In this document: piece by piece, positions 1-12,200 of the stretch
Position numbering within the stretch: the first letter of the stretch is position 1
How the letters are laid out: each line of letters begins with the position of its first letter
Source of the DNA: Mustelus asterias
Lineage: Eukaryota
Assembly (NCBI RefSeq): GCF_964213995.1
Contig: NC_135810.1
Location: 64,046,001 to 64,110,000, forward strand
Direction: 5' to 3'
Length of the DNA: 64,000 nucleotides
Made by a program: the position numbers and the translations under genes
The notes under the pieces: model-generated
Databases searched by the model: none
Seen by the model: only the letters and a program-made list of their open reading frames with translations
Told to the model about the DNA's origin: nothing

Positions 1-2025
1 ACACATACAAATGTCCCTGTCTATGCATGAAGAAACAGTCCTTGCAGCGTTTTTTAGAGCAGACTTTGTTTTCATTCCTGCAATTTCCTGTGCACCTTGT
101 ATTTGCCTTGGTTCAAAAAGAGACACGGCAGTCAATCGAATCATCTTGTGAAGATCTGACCCAATTTTGGTCTCATTGTGACCACGGTACACAGATGCTC
201 TTGTGTCACAGAACAGTTTGATGGCCTATAGAGGACTGAGCACCTGCTCAACTGTCACAGAGGCCTGTTGACCATCTGGAGCAGATTCATGGCAAAAATG
301 GCCATCCTGTTTGCACTTAAGTGGGAAAAGTCCAGGTTTTCTCCTATCCTTAAAGGCTAGACAGAGGTTAGCTAGAGGCTTCAGTTCCTTTTATTCTACT
401 GATTAGATGTGGTAGAGTTGAGCACAGATCCAGGGAGCAGCCTCCATGTTAAGCGCTGGCCTCCTGCAGTTTGCTGCTTTGAGGCAATTTTGGCCATAAT
501 ATGTTAATGTGGTTAATGACCAAAGCCCTTTTGGTTGCTATCACCTGATAATGGTTGCTTTATTGCGGTGAGAATATTTCAATGTGATAATGGAATCTGA
601 GGACTTTTTATGCCTTTTCAACCGAGTGTGGCTTCTGCAACAAAATAATTGTCAATTTCTGACAGGTGCACCCTTTTACATCATTAAAAACGTGGTCTCA
701 TAACCACTAAAATACAAGCAAATCTTCAGAACAGCATTCAGTTCTGATAGTTAATGAAAATCGGTATGTCCAGTGGTGCCCACTGACCATCAAACATTTG
801 AGACAAACCGGTGGACTCTGCATCATCCCATTCGAGTGTCCCCTTAATTCATTCAAATGTTCAGAGGACATGTTATGTATCCTGAGACCTGTGGTTGCTG
901 ACTTTCACCTCAGCCCAGGAGATTTTCCCTCCGACTTTCCCATCCCCTTTTCTGCATGGGCAACCAAGCCGAAAAGTATGGGTGGGAAAATCAGCTGGAA
1001 TATTGGGACCAGCTTCTCGAAGGGAGTCTAAAAGAGGCTGCAACCTCTGGCATTGCACATTTTATATGTGAAGAACTGCTTTGGTCACACCACGGGATGG
1101 CCATGCTCCTTGACATGGCTCAGTTAGCTTATTTGATTTTGAAGGATGATTTTTTTTTTCAATCTGCTTTGTTGCACATAATATGGCATGTCAGTTCTTG
1201 AGGCCAGCACAAGGAAGGTTGGGTATTCTTGGAACTACTCCTAATTTAACTATGGGTAATCTTCAATATTATTATTCATGGAAAGTCGCATCTGTTTATA
1301 ATTTTCTGTAATCAAGGAGTAATAGTTGGTAAAATAATGCAAACTACTGTGTTGTCTTAGCAACCTTTCATTTTCTACTGTAATAAACTTTAAGCCACAG
1401 GCAGACAGAAGATTTTTTTTTATTGTGTATTTTTCTACCAATTTCTTGGAGGTTACGAGTAGGCTCAAGGCCTAACCTGTAAGTCCTCCTGTTTGACCCC
1501 AGTACACAATGTGACAAGCTATTGCAGTTATAGAATCATACTCGAGCTTGTAAAGGATGAGGGCTGGCTTATAGAAGCATTATTTTATTTTGAGCCTGAG
1601 AAAATTATCCTCAGTAAATAAAAAGATTGGATCATGATATGAAAGCAGATCTTATTTTCCAAGTTTAGGTACTAGTGAACTCCATAAATAAATACGTGAC
1701 AGGGAAGTAATATGATACCAGCAGTCCAGCAAAAACCCTTGTTTCTACCCTTGACCGTGCTTCAAATTGTTTTAATAACCCTTGCCTTTTTGGAACCTTT
1801 CTTTACATTCTACGAAAACTGGAAAAGTGGTACCCTTGTGTAAGTTCGGTTAGTTCATGGCCACTTCTTCATGTTTGGCTTTTAAATGTGGGCCTAGCTG
1901 AAGAACTATTTGAATTATAGTCGAAATAAAAGCTAGTGGTGGCTGTGTTCCTCTCCTTTTGGTTAGCTGTCACAAGAATAAATTCATCAGAATGCTCACA
2001 CTTGCATTCCAACTAGATATTATTA

Positions 2026-2394
2026 GGTGAGGCGATGGCCTTGTAGACTAATAATAATCTAGCAACTCAACTAATGTTCTGGGGACCTGGGTTTGAATCC
2101 CGCCATATTTGAATTCAATAAAAATATCTGAAGTGAAGAATCTACTGAAGACCATGAAACCATTGCTGATTGTTGGAAAAACCCATCTGGTTCACTAATG
2201 TGCTTTAGGGAAGGAAATCTGCCATCTTTACCTGGTCTGGCCTAACATGTGATTCCAGAGCCACAGAAATGTGGTTAGATCTAAAATGTCCTCTGAAATG
2301 GTCTAGCAAGCCACTCAGCTCACGGGGGACTAGGGATGGGCAATAAATGCTGGCCAGCCAGCGACGCCCATGTACCACGAATGAATAAAGAAAA
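2026..2394 (+). mobile_element. tRNA-derived SINE with L2-type 3' tail
   Basis: B-box-like GGTTTGAATCC. Ends GGGCAATAAATGCTGGCCAGCCAGCGACGCCCA...GAATGAATAAA. A homologous copy lies at 19775-20140. Confidence 0.75.
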
Positions 2395-2599
2395 TTAGGA
2401 TGTCTGTTAATAATTTGCTTGTAAATTTGCTCAGGCCTGAATTCAGGCATAGGGATGTACTATGTATGATTAGCAGCATACAGCCCTGTGATCAGCACAC
2501 TGCTGAGTGGTTGTATGCATCACCAAGGGACCCAATTTTCTGTGGGGCAACCGAATCTGTTGTATTTAAAGTGAGCCTGTATTGCTTGAGGGGAAGTGT

Positions 2600-3210
2600 A
2601 TTCTGGCTGTGGCAGGAGCTGCAAGTGGTTGGAGGAAGAGTTCTGGCTTGAAAGAAGAACAAAATGGTGATGCAAAGCACCTTGGTGCAGCATTGGAGGC
2701 CTAGGCATAGGAAGTGGACAGGAGGCCTCCCAGACTGAGACTACAAAGGCAGCGGGAGCAGATAGGTATCATAGTCAATCCCAGCAGGGGAGCCCAGAAA
2801 ATCTGCATACTGTACAGGAAGAAGTTCAGTGATCTTTCTTGAATGACCAAAGTCAATGATTGCATCATCAAATACCATATGCTTACAAATGAAGAACTAC
2901 TACTACGCTCCCATATTGCTTAAGTCACCACCATTGCCACCTCCCACCCTTCACTCACCCACCAACAATCTCTATCAACCATGACTCAAATTCATCGTTT
3001 CAGCTCACACGTAACACTGCTACAAGCCTGACACTCACAGCTTATACAGACTTCCTGTCAGCCATCTCACCCAAACACATTGCACCATACTCAGTGGTAC
3101 ACTTCCCATCCTCCTGCAGACAAACTGATCTCTAACCAGAGGCAGCGGTACATAATCTCAATGGGGCAACAGTGTTGGTCATCATTGACTCAGCTCTGGC
3201 CAACAGTGAG
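2600..3210 (+). mobile_element. Degenerate PIF/Harbinger Myb/SANT-like ORF remnant (two exon pieces)
   Basis: About 2740-2838 reads ...QREQIGIIVNPSRGAQKICILYRKKFSDL (cf. QCRKKFNDL). After cctcctgcag at 3119 it reads DKLISNQRQRYIISMGQ (cf. DKxAHNxRERxxTGGG). Confidence 0.55.
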
Positions 3211-4039
3211 GCTAAAAAAAACTTGCATGTTCCAACCTAATCCAGCTTCTCAGATCTCACTCCCCCTCATCCCACAATCTTCCAAATAATTTACAAGCTG
3301 CAGATGGTGTGAGCATGCACCTCTTGCTTTCCTTTCGTCAACCCAATCCTACCTTGTGTCCTTATCCTTTCAGCTACCCATGGATTGCCACAAGCCAGGC
3401 AATGGTGTGAGAATGTGAAGCTTAGAAGGACCTGATGTTGAGCTCAGGTCTGACACTCGCTGCTCTTTAGAGTGTAGCAAAGTGCTGGGGTCAGCATATT
3501 GTTGGTGCAAGTTAATGAGGCCCACTTGAGTGAGACAGGAAGTGGTGCTGGGGGCAGGCTGGCGCATTGGGGGAATCTGACAGGATGATATCAGGGCTGC
3601 ATTCTGCTGGTAGTGGGAAACTAAAGGAAGTGATGTTGCTGCTAGGGTGTGGCCGGAAGCCAATTGTGTTGGTTTACCAGCTAACTAAAGCTCATTTCCA
3701 CGAACCCGAATGTGATTTAACGCTACCTTTTGAATCAGATGAGTGGTGCACAGCGATGCTGGGCCATCAGATCTCTGACCACTTAAAGCTGATGCCACCT
3801 ATGTTTGAAGTCAGTTTGAAGTGGAAGTCAGCTATTTGCGAGCTGCTTTCATTCTGCAGGATAGAGAGAGGAGGCCATTTTATTAGTAAGCCTGAGAGCA
3901 TTCTGAGGAGCGGCAGTCTGCGAAGTCTGTTCTGAGGAGCTCAGTGGCATCTGATTCTGGTTGTTAGTGGGGTAAGCATAGGCAGAGGGCTACAGAGTTC
4001 AGGTGGACTGAGAAGGCCAAGGACCCAGGGAAAATGTCC

Positions 4040-5000
4040 GGAATTGGCAGCACACATCAAAGGAGGTTACCAGCAACAGGGGAGGAGCAGGTGCCAGAGG
4101 CACCTCTACAGCAGGGAGGGCCAGTCTCCAAGCAGCAGAAAAATGTTGAATGAACTGGCAACACGATTGCCTCCCAAGACCGGACAAACTGTGTCCCAGA
4201 GCTTTCTGCATTCACCTGTTCTACCTCGAGATGTCAGAGCACCAATGTCGAGGGAGGCTGCCACCTACCTGCAAACTGCTGCAGGAGGACTTCTGAGCCA
4301 CTGGTGGATATTCCAAAGCCTGTGGTGCTGAGGATCAGTGCTATGTTGACCTTCTATGCGTCTGTCTCCCTCCAGGTATTCACTGGAGGTTTGTGTGGGG
4401 TCTCCCGGGCAGCAGCTCAATGCTGCATTAAGGAAGTCACCAATATATTTTCAACAGGGCTGCAGAGTTCATGCATTAACATCAACCCTGATAGTCTGGT
4501 AGGGGCTTCTTGGCCATTGCAGGATTTCCTCAGTGTTAAAGATTGCACCCAAGTGGCCATCATGGCACTCTTGGAGTTGCCATCAGCCTTCATAAAGCGG
4601 ATGGAATTCCACTCGGTCAGCGACGACAGAAAGCACACCCAGCAGGTGTGTTTGTGCTCCTCCTCAGATGACTCTGCAACTGTCCATCCTCCCAGAGTGT
4701 GGAAACATGCGCAAGAGGACTCCCAACAGTTTGGGGGGGGGCCAAGGCCTTCAAATTCCCCCTCATCCACGTATCTGCTGCAAGGTTCCTTTTGTTCCAC
4801 GGTGGACACATGAGCTCAATGACTCCTCGCTCGCTTTACTTTCGATTGTGGCCTCGCCATCTGAAATAATGTGGCCACCTAACTTTCCTGCCAGATCGAG
4901 GGCCTTTTTCTCTGCAGGCCACTGAGGGAAAATGTTTTGTTTATCACTGGTTTTGACCCTCTCCTTGCTGCTATGGGCCCATTTTTCCTGCAGGCAGAAA
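4040..5000. mobile_element. Decayed PIF/Harbinger element: DDE transposase (HARBI1-like, + strand) convergent with Myb-ORF exon 2 (- strand)
   Basis: ORF 4304-4813 has PVVLRISAMLTFYASVSLQVFTGGLCGVSRAAAQCCIKEVT and DCTQVAIMA...FIKRMEFHSV (cf. DCTHVAIKAP...FxNRKGFHSxN). Minus strand 4988-4850, after ctgcag, reads EKWAHSSKERVKTS...EKKALDLAG...DGE. Confidence 0.8.
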
Positions 5001-6313
5001 GAGGGATACTATCCTTACGAACAAAGGGTTGGCCATTCAGCCCCTCGAGCTGAATCTCTATCAGTCTCTACTCAATGATCCGCTGATCACATACTGCTAA
5101 CACCCCTCTGGCACATGACGGGGGGCTCTCGAATGTCTCCTTGTACATTCTCTCTCATGCTGCAACCGAAAGCTGCAGACCAAGGGGATGATAACCACTG
5201 GACCTATGACTGGCAGGAAGTGTTCTCACCAGATCCCTTAACGTCAGAAGCGTCACCATTTGCAACACCATTCTCTGTTAATTTTACTAACTGAAAAATT
5301 CCTCGAGAAAACTTGATTTACTTGCACATTCTCACACGGAGCCAGAAGAAATCCATCAATAACTAATCTGAAAGTAGTTGACAGTCTCTTTAAATAGCAC
5401 AGGTGGGGAGATCCTTCCTGTTGCTGAATGCATAATTGGCTGTGTTTTTTTTCGAAGAAGTTAGCTGGATCAGTGAGGTTGCAAATGGCAGCGCAGACTT
5501 CAATATCAACATTGGATGCTGACATGATCTGATTATTTGATTAAGAGTCTATTCTAATGTTCTCACTATACTGGCACCCTGTGTACCAGGGTGGCACATC
5601 AGCACACCGTTTGGTACCAAAACAATGCCTGGAACATCATTCTAGGCCCACTAGGCTGAATTTTGCAGCAGTCCAATCTTTAAAAATTTGAAGACCATTT
5701 TGACTCTTCAGTGGGGATTTTTTTTTTTGATTCCATCGATAATGGTTCACTGAGTGATATCTGTATCATTGCTTTCAAAGTTTAATTCATTCAACTTCCG
5801 TAGCTGCCTGAGGCGGAATTAAGGGAATCAGTTCAAGTAAAATATTAAAGAAAATAGAAAGAGCAAAGCAGTGTATTAAATCAAAACAAAGGACTTGCTT
5901 CCCAGAGTAGCATCAAAATGCAGCAAAAATAGTAGAAGGTACAGGTGAAAATTCACAGGTAGCATTGCAGCCACTGGGCCACCTCTGAATCACCGACTGA
6001 CACAAATTCCTGGAGATTGTGTATGTACCACATGAACATGGAGAAACCCTTCAAATGCCTCCCTTCCATTGCATTTCTATTCCCATTCCCTGCTGTGCGA
6101 GAGAGAAGGAAGGGAGAGTGTTGACAACCCTAAAGGGAGATGGCTCCCTTATCAGGTATTTCTGCAGGAGTTGGCCAATATATCCAAATTCTACTTGTTT
6201 TCAGTCTGGGCTGCAAAAGCCACTTGGTGCTATGATAGTGCCCTACCGAGCTAAATTTGTCATTTTACTTGTAGATAATTAATTTTAATGATTTGTAAAT
6301 TTATTTTTCACAG

Positions 6314-6398
6314 TTTACAAGCAGAAAAGCACGAAGATTGTTGGACAAGAGTAAAACGTTTCATATAACCTGTGGTTTTACTATATGTCTATTTTCAG
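6314..6398 (+). CDS. NOX4: NADPH oxidase 4, internal exon (human exon 4 equivalent), 85 nt
   Basis: ttttcacag|TTT...TCAG|gtaag. Translates FTSRKARRLLDKSKTFHITCGFTICLFS, matching human VPSRRTRRLLDKSRTFHITCGVTICIFS (polybasic B-loop, heme His105 equivalent). Confidence 0.96.
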
Positions 6399-6493
6399 GT
6401 AAGAAACTGCTGTCTAGCCAAAGTATTGTTCAATTGTAGTACATCATAGTAGAATATTACCTCGGCCCATTACTCTCCAGGCAAGACCTGCAT

Positions 6494-6792
6494 GACGGTG
6501 GCACAGTCGTGAGCACTGCTGCCTCACAGCGCCAGGGACCCGGGTTCAATTCCGGCCTTGGGTGACTTTGTGGAGTTCGCACATTCTCCCCGTGGCTGCG
6601 TGGGTTTTCTCCAGCTGCTCCGATTTCCCCTCACACTCCAAAGATGTGTGGGTTATGTTGATTGGCGAAGCTAAAAAAAATTTCCTTCGTGTCAGGTGGA
6701 TTAGCAGGGTAAATACATGGGTTTATGGAGATAAGGTCGATGAGGCTTGATGGGCTGAATGACATCCTTCTGTATTGTAGGGATTGTATGAT
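6494..6792 (+). mobile_element. HE1-like V-SINE (tRNA head, V-domain, CR1-type tail)
   Basis: A-box TGGCACAGTCG, B-box GGTTCAATTCC, V-domain GTGGAGTTCGCACATTCTCCCCGTG...TCCAAAGATGTG, tail GGGCTGAATGACATCCTTCTG. Many copies in the window. Confidence 0.88.
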
Positions 6793-7722
6793 AGTGTCTG
6801 ATTTTAAACTTGCTCAAAACCTATTCAATTACACAGTTAGAATTGGGAGCTCTATAGGGGGTCCAATTTGTGAGCATCATTCCTCTTGATTCTTCTGTCA
6901 AGGTAGATGTGAATTTGAGCCTCTCTTCCAGAACTTCTCCCTCCAAGTACCATTTTTCATGGCAAATTAAGAGATGATTTAAAAATCCCATTGCATTCTA
7001 AACAAACATTGCTGTTCATTATATAGAACAGATAAACTATATCCTGCTGGAGAGCAGAAGAGTTTGGACTTTTACTGTAATTTTTGGATTATTAATTGAG
7101 ATCTCACCCCTTGCCAATCCTGCAACATCCTTACCAAATGTTATATGGTTTGTGTGTGTTCTGTAAAAGCTCACAGCACAGTGCGACAATACTGTGCTAT
7201 TAATATATTTTATGTTTAGGGGGATTGCTTTATGATTCAGTGTTTTTCTGCAAGGAAGTTGGATTTGTCTAGAAGGAATGCAGCAGATGCTGAGAAAACA
7301 GCATAATAAATCCTTTAGCTAGGAATATGTTATTCGGTAGGGTTAATGCACTTTTGTTTACTTAAGTTCTCCTGGGGTTTCAGACTAGGTTGACCATGTC
7401 ATGTGATATTAGGTTAATGGGAGGAGCTAGGTCTGTAGCAAGGATTCTGTGCTGGGTTTAGTTTCAGTTTTAGAGTTGAGTTCTGACTGGGAATTGCTTG
7501 AAGTCAGAGGTTTTCTGTAAACTGCTAAAATTCATTCCCTCTCTGAAAGCTCCAAGACTGTTTACCCAAATTAAAGCAAGTATGCCTGGATTTGCTAACT
7601 ATTTTTGAAATGGGATTTAAGTCTCTGAGAAATATTGCTTAATTGGAACTGACTAGTAATAAGTTAGAAGTTAAGGGTTTGTTTCTTTTCATGTCTAAAG
7701 TTTGTTCAATGGTTAAGAGTTA

Positions 7723-8207
7723 ATAGAATCATAGAATCCCCAGTGCAGAAGGAGGCCATTTAGCCCATCAAGTCTGTACCAACTCTCTGACAGAGTATCT
7801 TACCCAGGCCTTCTCCCCTGTCCTATCCCTGTAACCACACCTACTCCACTAATCCCCCTAACCCACACACCCTGGGACACAAAAGGTGGGATTTTCTGTG
7901 TGCTCGCCCCGAAACTGGAAAATCCCAACAAAGTCAATGGACCTTTGCATTGTCCTTGTCCTGCCTGATACGATTCCTGTGGTGGGCGAGACAGGAAAAT
8001 CCATCCCTAAGGGACAATTTAGCATGGGCAACCCACCTAATCTGCAAATTTGTGGTCTGTGAGAAGAAACCAGAGCACCCCCCAGAGGAAACACACACGG
8101 ACACAGGAGAACGTGAAAACTCCACACAGGCAGTCAGCCAAGGCTAGGATCGAACCCGAGTCCTTGGTGCTGTGAGGCAGCAGTGCTATTCTGCCACCGT
8201 GCCGCCC
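7723..8207 (-). mobile_element. HE1-like V-SINE, itself interrupted by a MITE
   Basis: Reverse complement of the SINE head at 8150-8207 and of the tail (ATAGAATCATAGAATCCC) at 7723. Colinear with the copy at 57786-58100 except for the insert 7884-8007. Confidence 0.88.
7884..8007. mobile_element. Harbinger-like MITE inserted in SINE
   Basis: Imperfect TIRs GGTGGGATTTTC...CTCGCCC / GGGCGAG...GAAAATCCATCCC. Inserted at the TAA of GACAC-TAA-GGGACAATTT (empty site seen at about 57898-57915); flanks AAA/TAA. Confidence 0.7.
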
Positions 8208-9217
8208 TGAAACCATTTCATTTTGTTAGAGGTATAATTAAACTGTTATGAATAAAGCTTGTTTTGATAATTTGTCAGTGGAATCACTCCTGAGGTAAAA
8301 CATCCTTTCCTCAAATTTATGCCAAATAGAAAAATTGTTGGGGTCTAGTCTAGCTTCATAATATACTTTGGGGTTTCTGATCTGGCACCCTAACAATAGC
8401 TTTGAACTCTGAACTGGTACTTTCCTGATATAAAAAGTAAATAATGACTGAAATCTAAACAAATGTCATTGGCAATATTTTATCCAGTTCATAGTGTTGT
8501 GATGGGTGAAGCTTGCTTGTATGAAAGAATCCCTCTCAAAATACACTGCATTGTATACCTTCAGCATGGAAAAATCTACTTTTATCTTTCCGGGTTCCAG
8601 CACTTTGAAAGAAAACCAAATTATTATCAGGAATATTCCTGGACATTATCAAGATTCACTTTGCAACCAGCTTGAAGCATCCTGTTTTTTAAAAAAAAAC
8701 ATGTTTACTTGAGCCACCTAGCTTGCTTTCTATTGCCGTCAGCAAGCAATGCTGTTTGACTGGAGGATGCTGAGGATTGTCTGAAACTTGTAATTAGAAT
8801 CTCTTACCTGACAGGTTTCTCACAATCCTGTTATTTATCGGGTGCAGATGCCAGAACAGAGTGAACCATGGCTGGCTTCAAGAGGCGTGCACCTGCCAAG
8901 CAAACCTTGAAGGGGGCAGTCTTTGTGGGTGGCTTCATTCAAGGTTAGCAGTGGGTGCTTTGTTGCTGACTGTTATAAAACAAATAAGCAGTCACATGAA
9001 TATGCGCTGCTGCCCTTGATTACTATCTAGCTACTGTGTTGGCAGTTATGCAGATGGGGACTTTGGAGAAGATAAGCTTACTAAGGTGAGCTACCAGAAT
9101 GCTGTCACTGCTTGTGGAACTATTCATTGTGTATGAGTTTCTGCTGTCAGAAAAAGAAAAGTAAGGATAGTTTAGTCAAGGGAAATTGGAAGGGAAAAAT
9201 ACAATTTAAAAAATAAT

Positions 9218-12200
9218 GGGGGCAATTTTCTTGGCCTGTTGCACTGCCCACCGGACACTGGGCAGGCCCAGGGGAGGGGCTGGGGCCTACTGGGGACGGG
9301 GCCATTTGATGATGGTGGGAGGGATCCCGCTCTGCACTCTGCATTAGGGATTGGTGGGAGAGGGAGGGAAGAGGCGATCGGGGCTGGCCATGGGGTGGTG
9401 GGGGGGAGAAGATCGAGGCTGGCCAAGGGGGGTAGGGGTGGGAGAAGATCAGGGCTATCCATGTTGGGGGGGTGGGGGGGAGGGAAAGAAGATCGGGGCT
9501 ATCCATGCAGGGGGGGCGGGGAAGATCTGGGCTGGCCATGGGGGTGGGGGAGTGGCATGGGGCGAGAAGATACCCTTAACACTGCAAACCCCTCTCACCG
9601 TCTCCCAGGCTCGAAAAGAAGCAGACACTCCAGGAAGAGTGGAAAATGTGCAGGCCTGCAGGTGAGAGTGAAACAACGTGGTTCCAAGGACCCCCCTCTC
9701 CAGCTTACACCTTGCAAATGTCCAGTCTCTGGAAAACAAGCTGGACGAACTTAGAGCCAGACTCACTTTCCAAAGAGAACAGTGGGACTGCTGTGTGCTC
9801 TGTTTCACGGAAATGTGGCTCACTCCTGATTCACCAGACAGTGCCGTACAACCAGAGGGCTTCACAATCCATCGAATAGACCGTACAGCGGCCTCAGGCA
9901 AGGCTAGGGGAGGTGGGTCTGCTTCCTAATCAACATCTCGTGGTGCCTAGACGTAGCAACACTGGCAACTTTCTGCTCCCCAGACCTAGAATACCTGACA
10001 CTAAAATGCCGCCCCTACTACCTTCCGCGGGAGTTCACCTCCGTTATCCTGATGGCAGTTTACATCCCACCCCATGTGGACGTGAAGATCGCGCTGGACG
10101 AAATATACACTGCTACGAATAGCCTTAAGACGAAACATCCCGAGGCCTAGTTCATCGTGGCCGGGCACTTCAATCAGGCCAAGTTGAAGAGTGTACTACC
10201 AAGTTACCACCAACACATCTCCTGTTCCACCAGAGGCCCAAACATCCTAGACCACTGCTACACGAATATCAAACATGCCTATCGCTCTATTGCCCACCCA
10301 CACTTTGGCAAATCAGGCCACAAGGCTGTGCTCCTGCTCCCGGCTTGCAAGCAAAAACTGAAGCAGGAGAATCCATCAAAGAGAGTCGTGCAATGTTGGT
10401 CTGAGGAATTGAATGATCTCCTACGCGGCTGCTTGGAGTTGGTGGACTGGTCAGTATTTAAAAACTCTGCGACCAGCCTGAACGAGTACACCACTACAGT
10501 AACTGACTTCATTAGTAAGTGTGCAGAAGACTGGGTGCCAAAGAAGCAAATCCGTGTGTTCCCCAACCTGAAACCATGGATGAACAGGGATATCTACTGC
10601 TTGCTGAAGTCTGAGGCGTTCAAGTCAGGCGACCCTGACCTATACAAGAAAGCCAGATACAATCGAAGGAGATCCATCAAAGATGGCAAAAGACAGTACT
10701 GGACCATCGAGAGTCCTAAGCTAGCCACACCGACCCCCGCCAACTATGGCAAGGTCTGCAAGACATAATAGGCTACAAGATGAAGGCATGTAAAATCGCC
10801 GGCTCTAACGACCCTTCCCTGATAAGCTCAATGCATTCCACGCCTGTTTTGAGCAAGAGGTCAGTGACAGCATGCCCTCCACCCTGGAAGCCTTGCATGA
10901 ACCTGTATCTGGGGTCACCATTGCAGATGTCAGAGCAGCTTTCTTGAAGGTCAACCCACGGAAAGCAACTGGCCCGGATGGAGTACCCGGACGTGCACTC
11001 AGATCCTACGTGGATCAGCTGGCAGAGGTATTCAGATATCTTCAACCTCTCTTTACAACAAGCTGAGGTCTCTATCTGCTTCAAGAGGACGACCATCATC
11101 CCGGTACCTAAGAAAAACCAAGCAACGTGCCTTAATGACTGTCGGCCTGTGGCCCTGACATCCATCATTATGAAGTGCACGAATCAATTCCAGCCTTCCA
11201 GACTACCTGGATCCACTACAGTTTGCCTACTGCCGCAACAGGTCCATAGCAGAGGCCATTTCCCTGACCCTGCACTCAACCCTGGAACATCTAGATAACA
11301 ATGACACTTATGTCAGACTCTTATTTATTGACTACAGCTCAGCCTTCAACACTATTATTCCCACAAAACTCATCTCCAGACTCCATGGCCTGGGCCTCGG
11401 CACCTCTCTCTGTGACTGGATCCTGAACTTCCTAACTCACAGACCACAATTAGTAAGGATAGGCAACAACACCTCCTCCACAATCATCCTCAACACCGGT
11501 GCCCCACAATGCTGTGTTCTCAGCCCATTACTATACTCCTTGTAGACCTATGGCTGTGCGGCCAAATTCCCCTCCAATTTGATTTTCAAGTTTGCTGACG
11601 ACATCACTGTAGTGGGTCGGATCTCAAACAATGATGAGACAGAGTACAAGAATGAGATAGAGAATCTGGTGAACTGGTGTGGCAACAATAATCTCTCCCT
11701 CAAAGTCAACAAAATGAAGGAGATTGTCATCGATTTCAGGAAGCGTAAAGGGGAACATGCCCCTGTCTACATCAATGGGGACGAAGTAGGAAGGGTCGAG
11801 AGCTTCAAGTTTTTAGGTGTCCAGATCACCAACAACCTGTCCTGGTCCCTCCATGCCAACACTATAGTTAAGAAAGCCCACCAGCGCCTCTACTTTCTCA
11901 GAAGACTAAGGAAATTCTAAGGAAATTTGGCATGTCAGCTACAACTCTCTCCAGCTTTTACAGATGCACCATAGAAAGCATTCTTTCTGGTTGTATCACA
12001 GCTTGGTATGGCTCTGCCCAAGACCGCAAGGAACTACAAAAGGTCGTGAATGTAGCCCAATCCATCACGCAAACCAGCCTCCCATCCATTGACTCTGTCT
12101 ACACTTCCCGATGCCTCGGCAAAGCAGCCAGCATAATTAAGGACCCCACGCACCCTGGACATTCTCTCTTCTACCACCTTCCTTCAGGAAGAAGATACAA

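Larger units (their letters stand above)
7328..8395 (+). mobile_element. Solo LTR (Gypsy-like), interrupted by a SINE
   Basis: Termini TGTTA...TAACA; AATAAA at about 8251; interrupted by 7723-8207. TSD is not clean (only ATA on both sides). Confidence 0.55.

Noticed and set aside
1-6313. NOX4 exons 1-3 or promoter
   Set aside because: No match found to the expected LCLSRASASVLNLNC-type or N-terminal peptides; these exons probably lie upstream of the window.
6494-6560. tRNA gene (A and B boxes)
   Set aside because: It is the tRNA-derived head of a SINE and continues into the V-domain; the same applies at 49355, 58040-58100, 58992 and 60674.
9147-9754. Gly/Pro-rich ORFs on both strands
   Set aside because: Translations of the G-rich tandem repeat in the host MITE and the start of the Rex1 insert.
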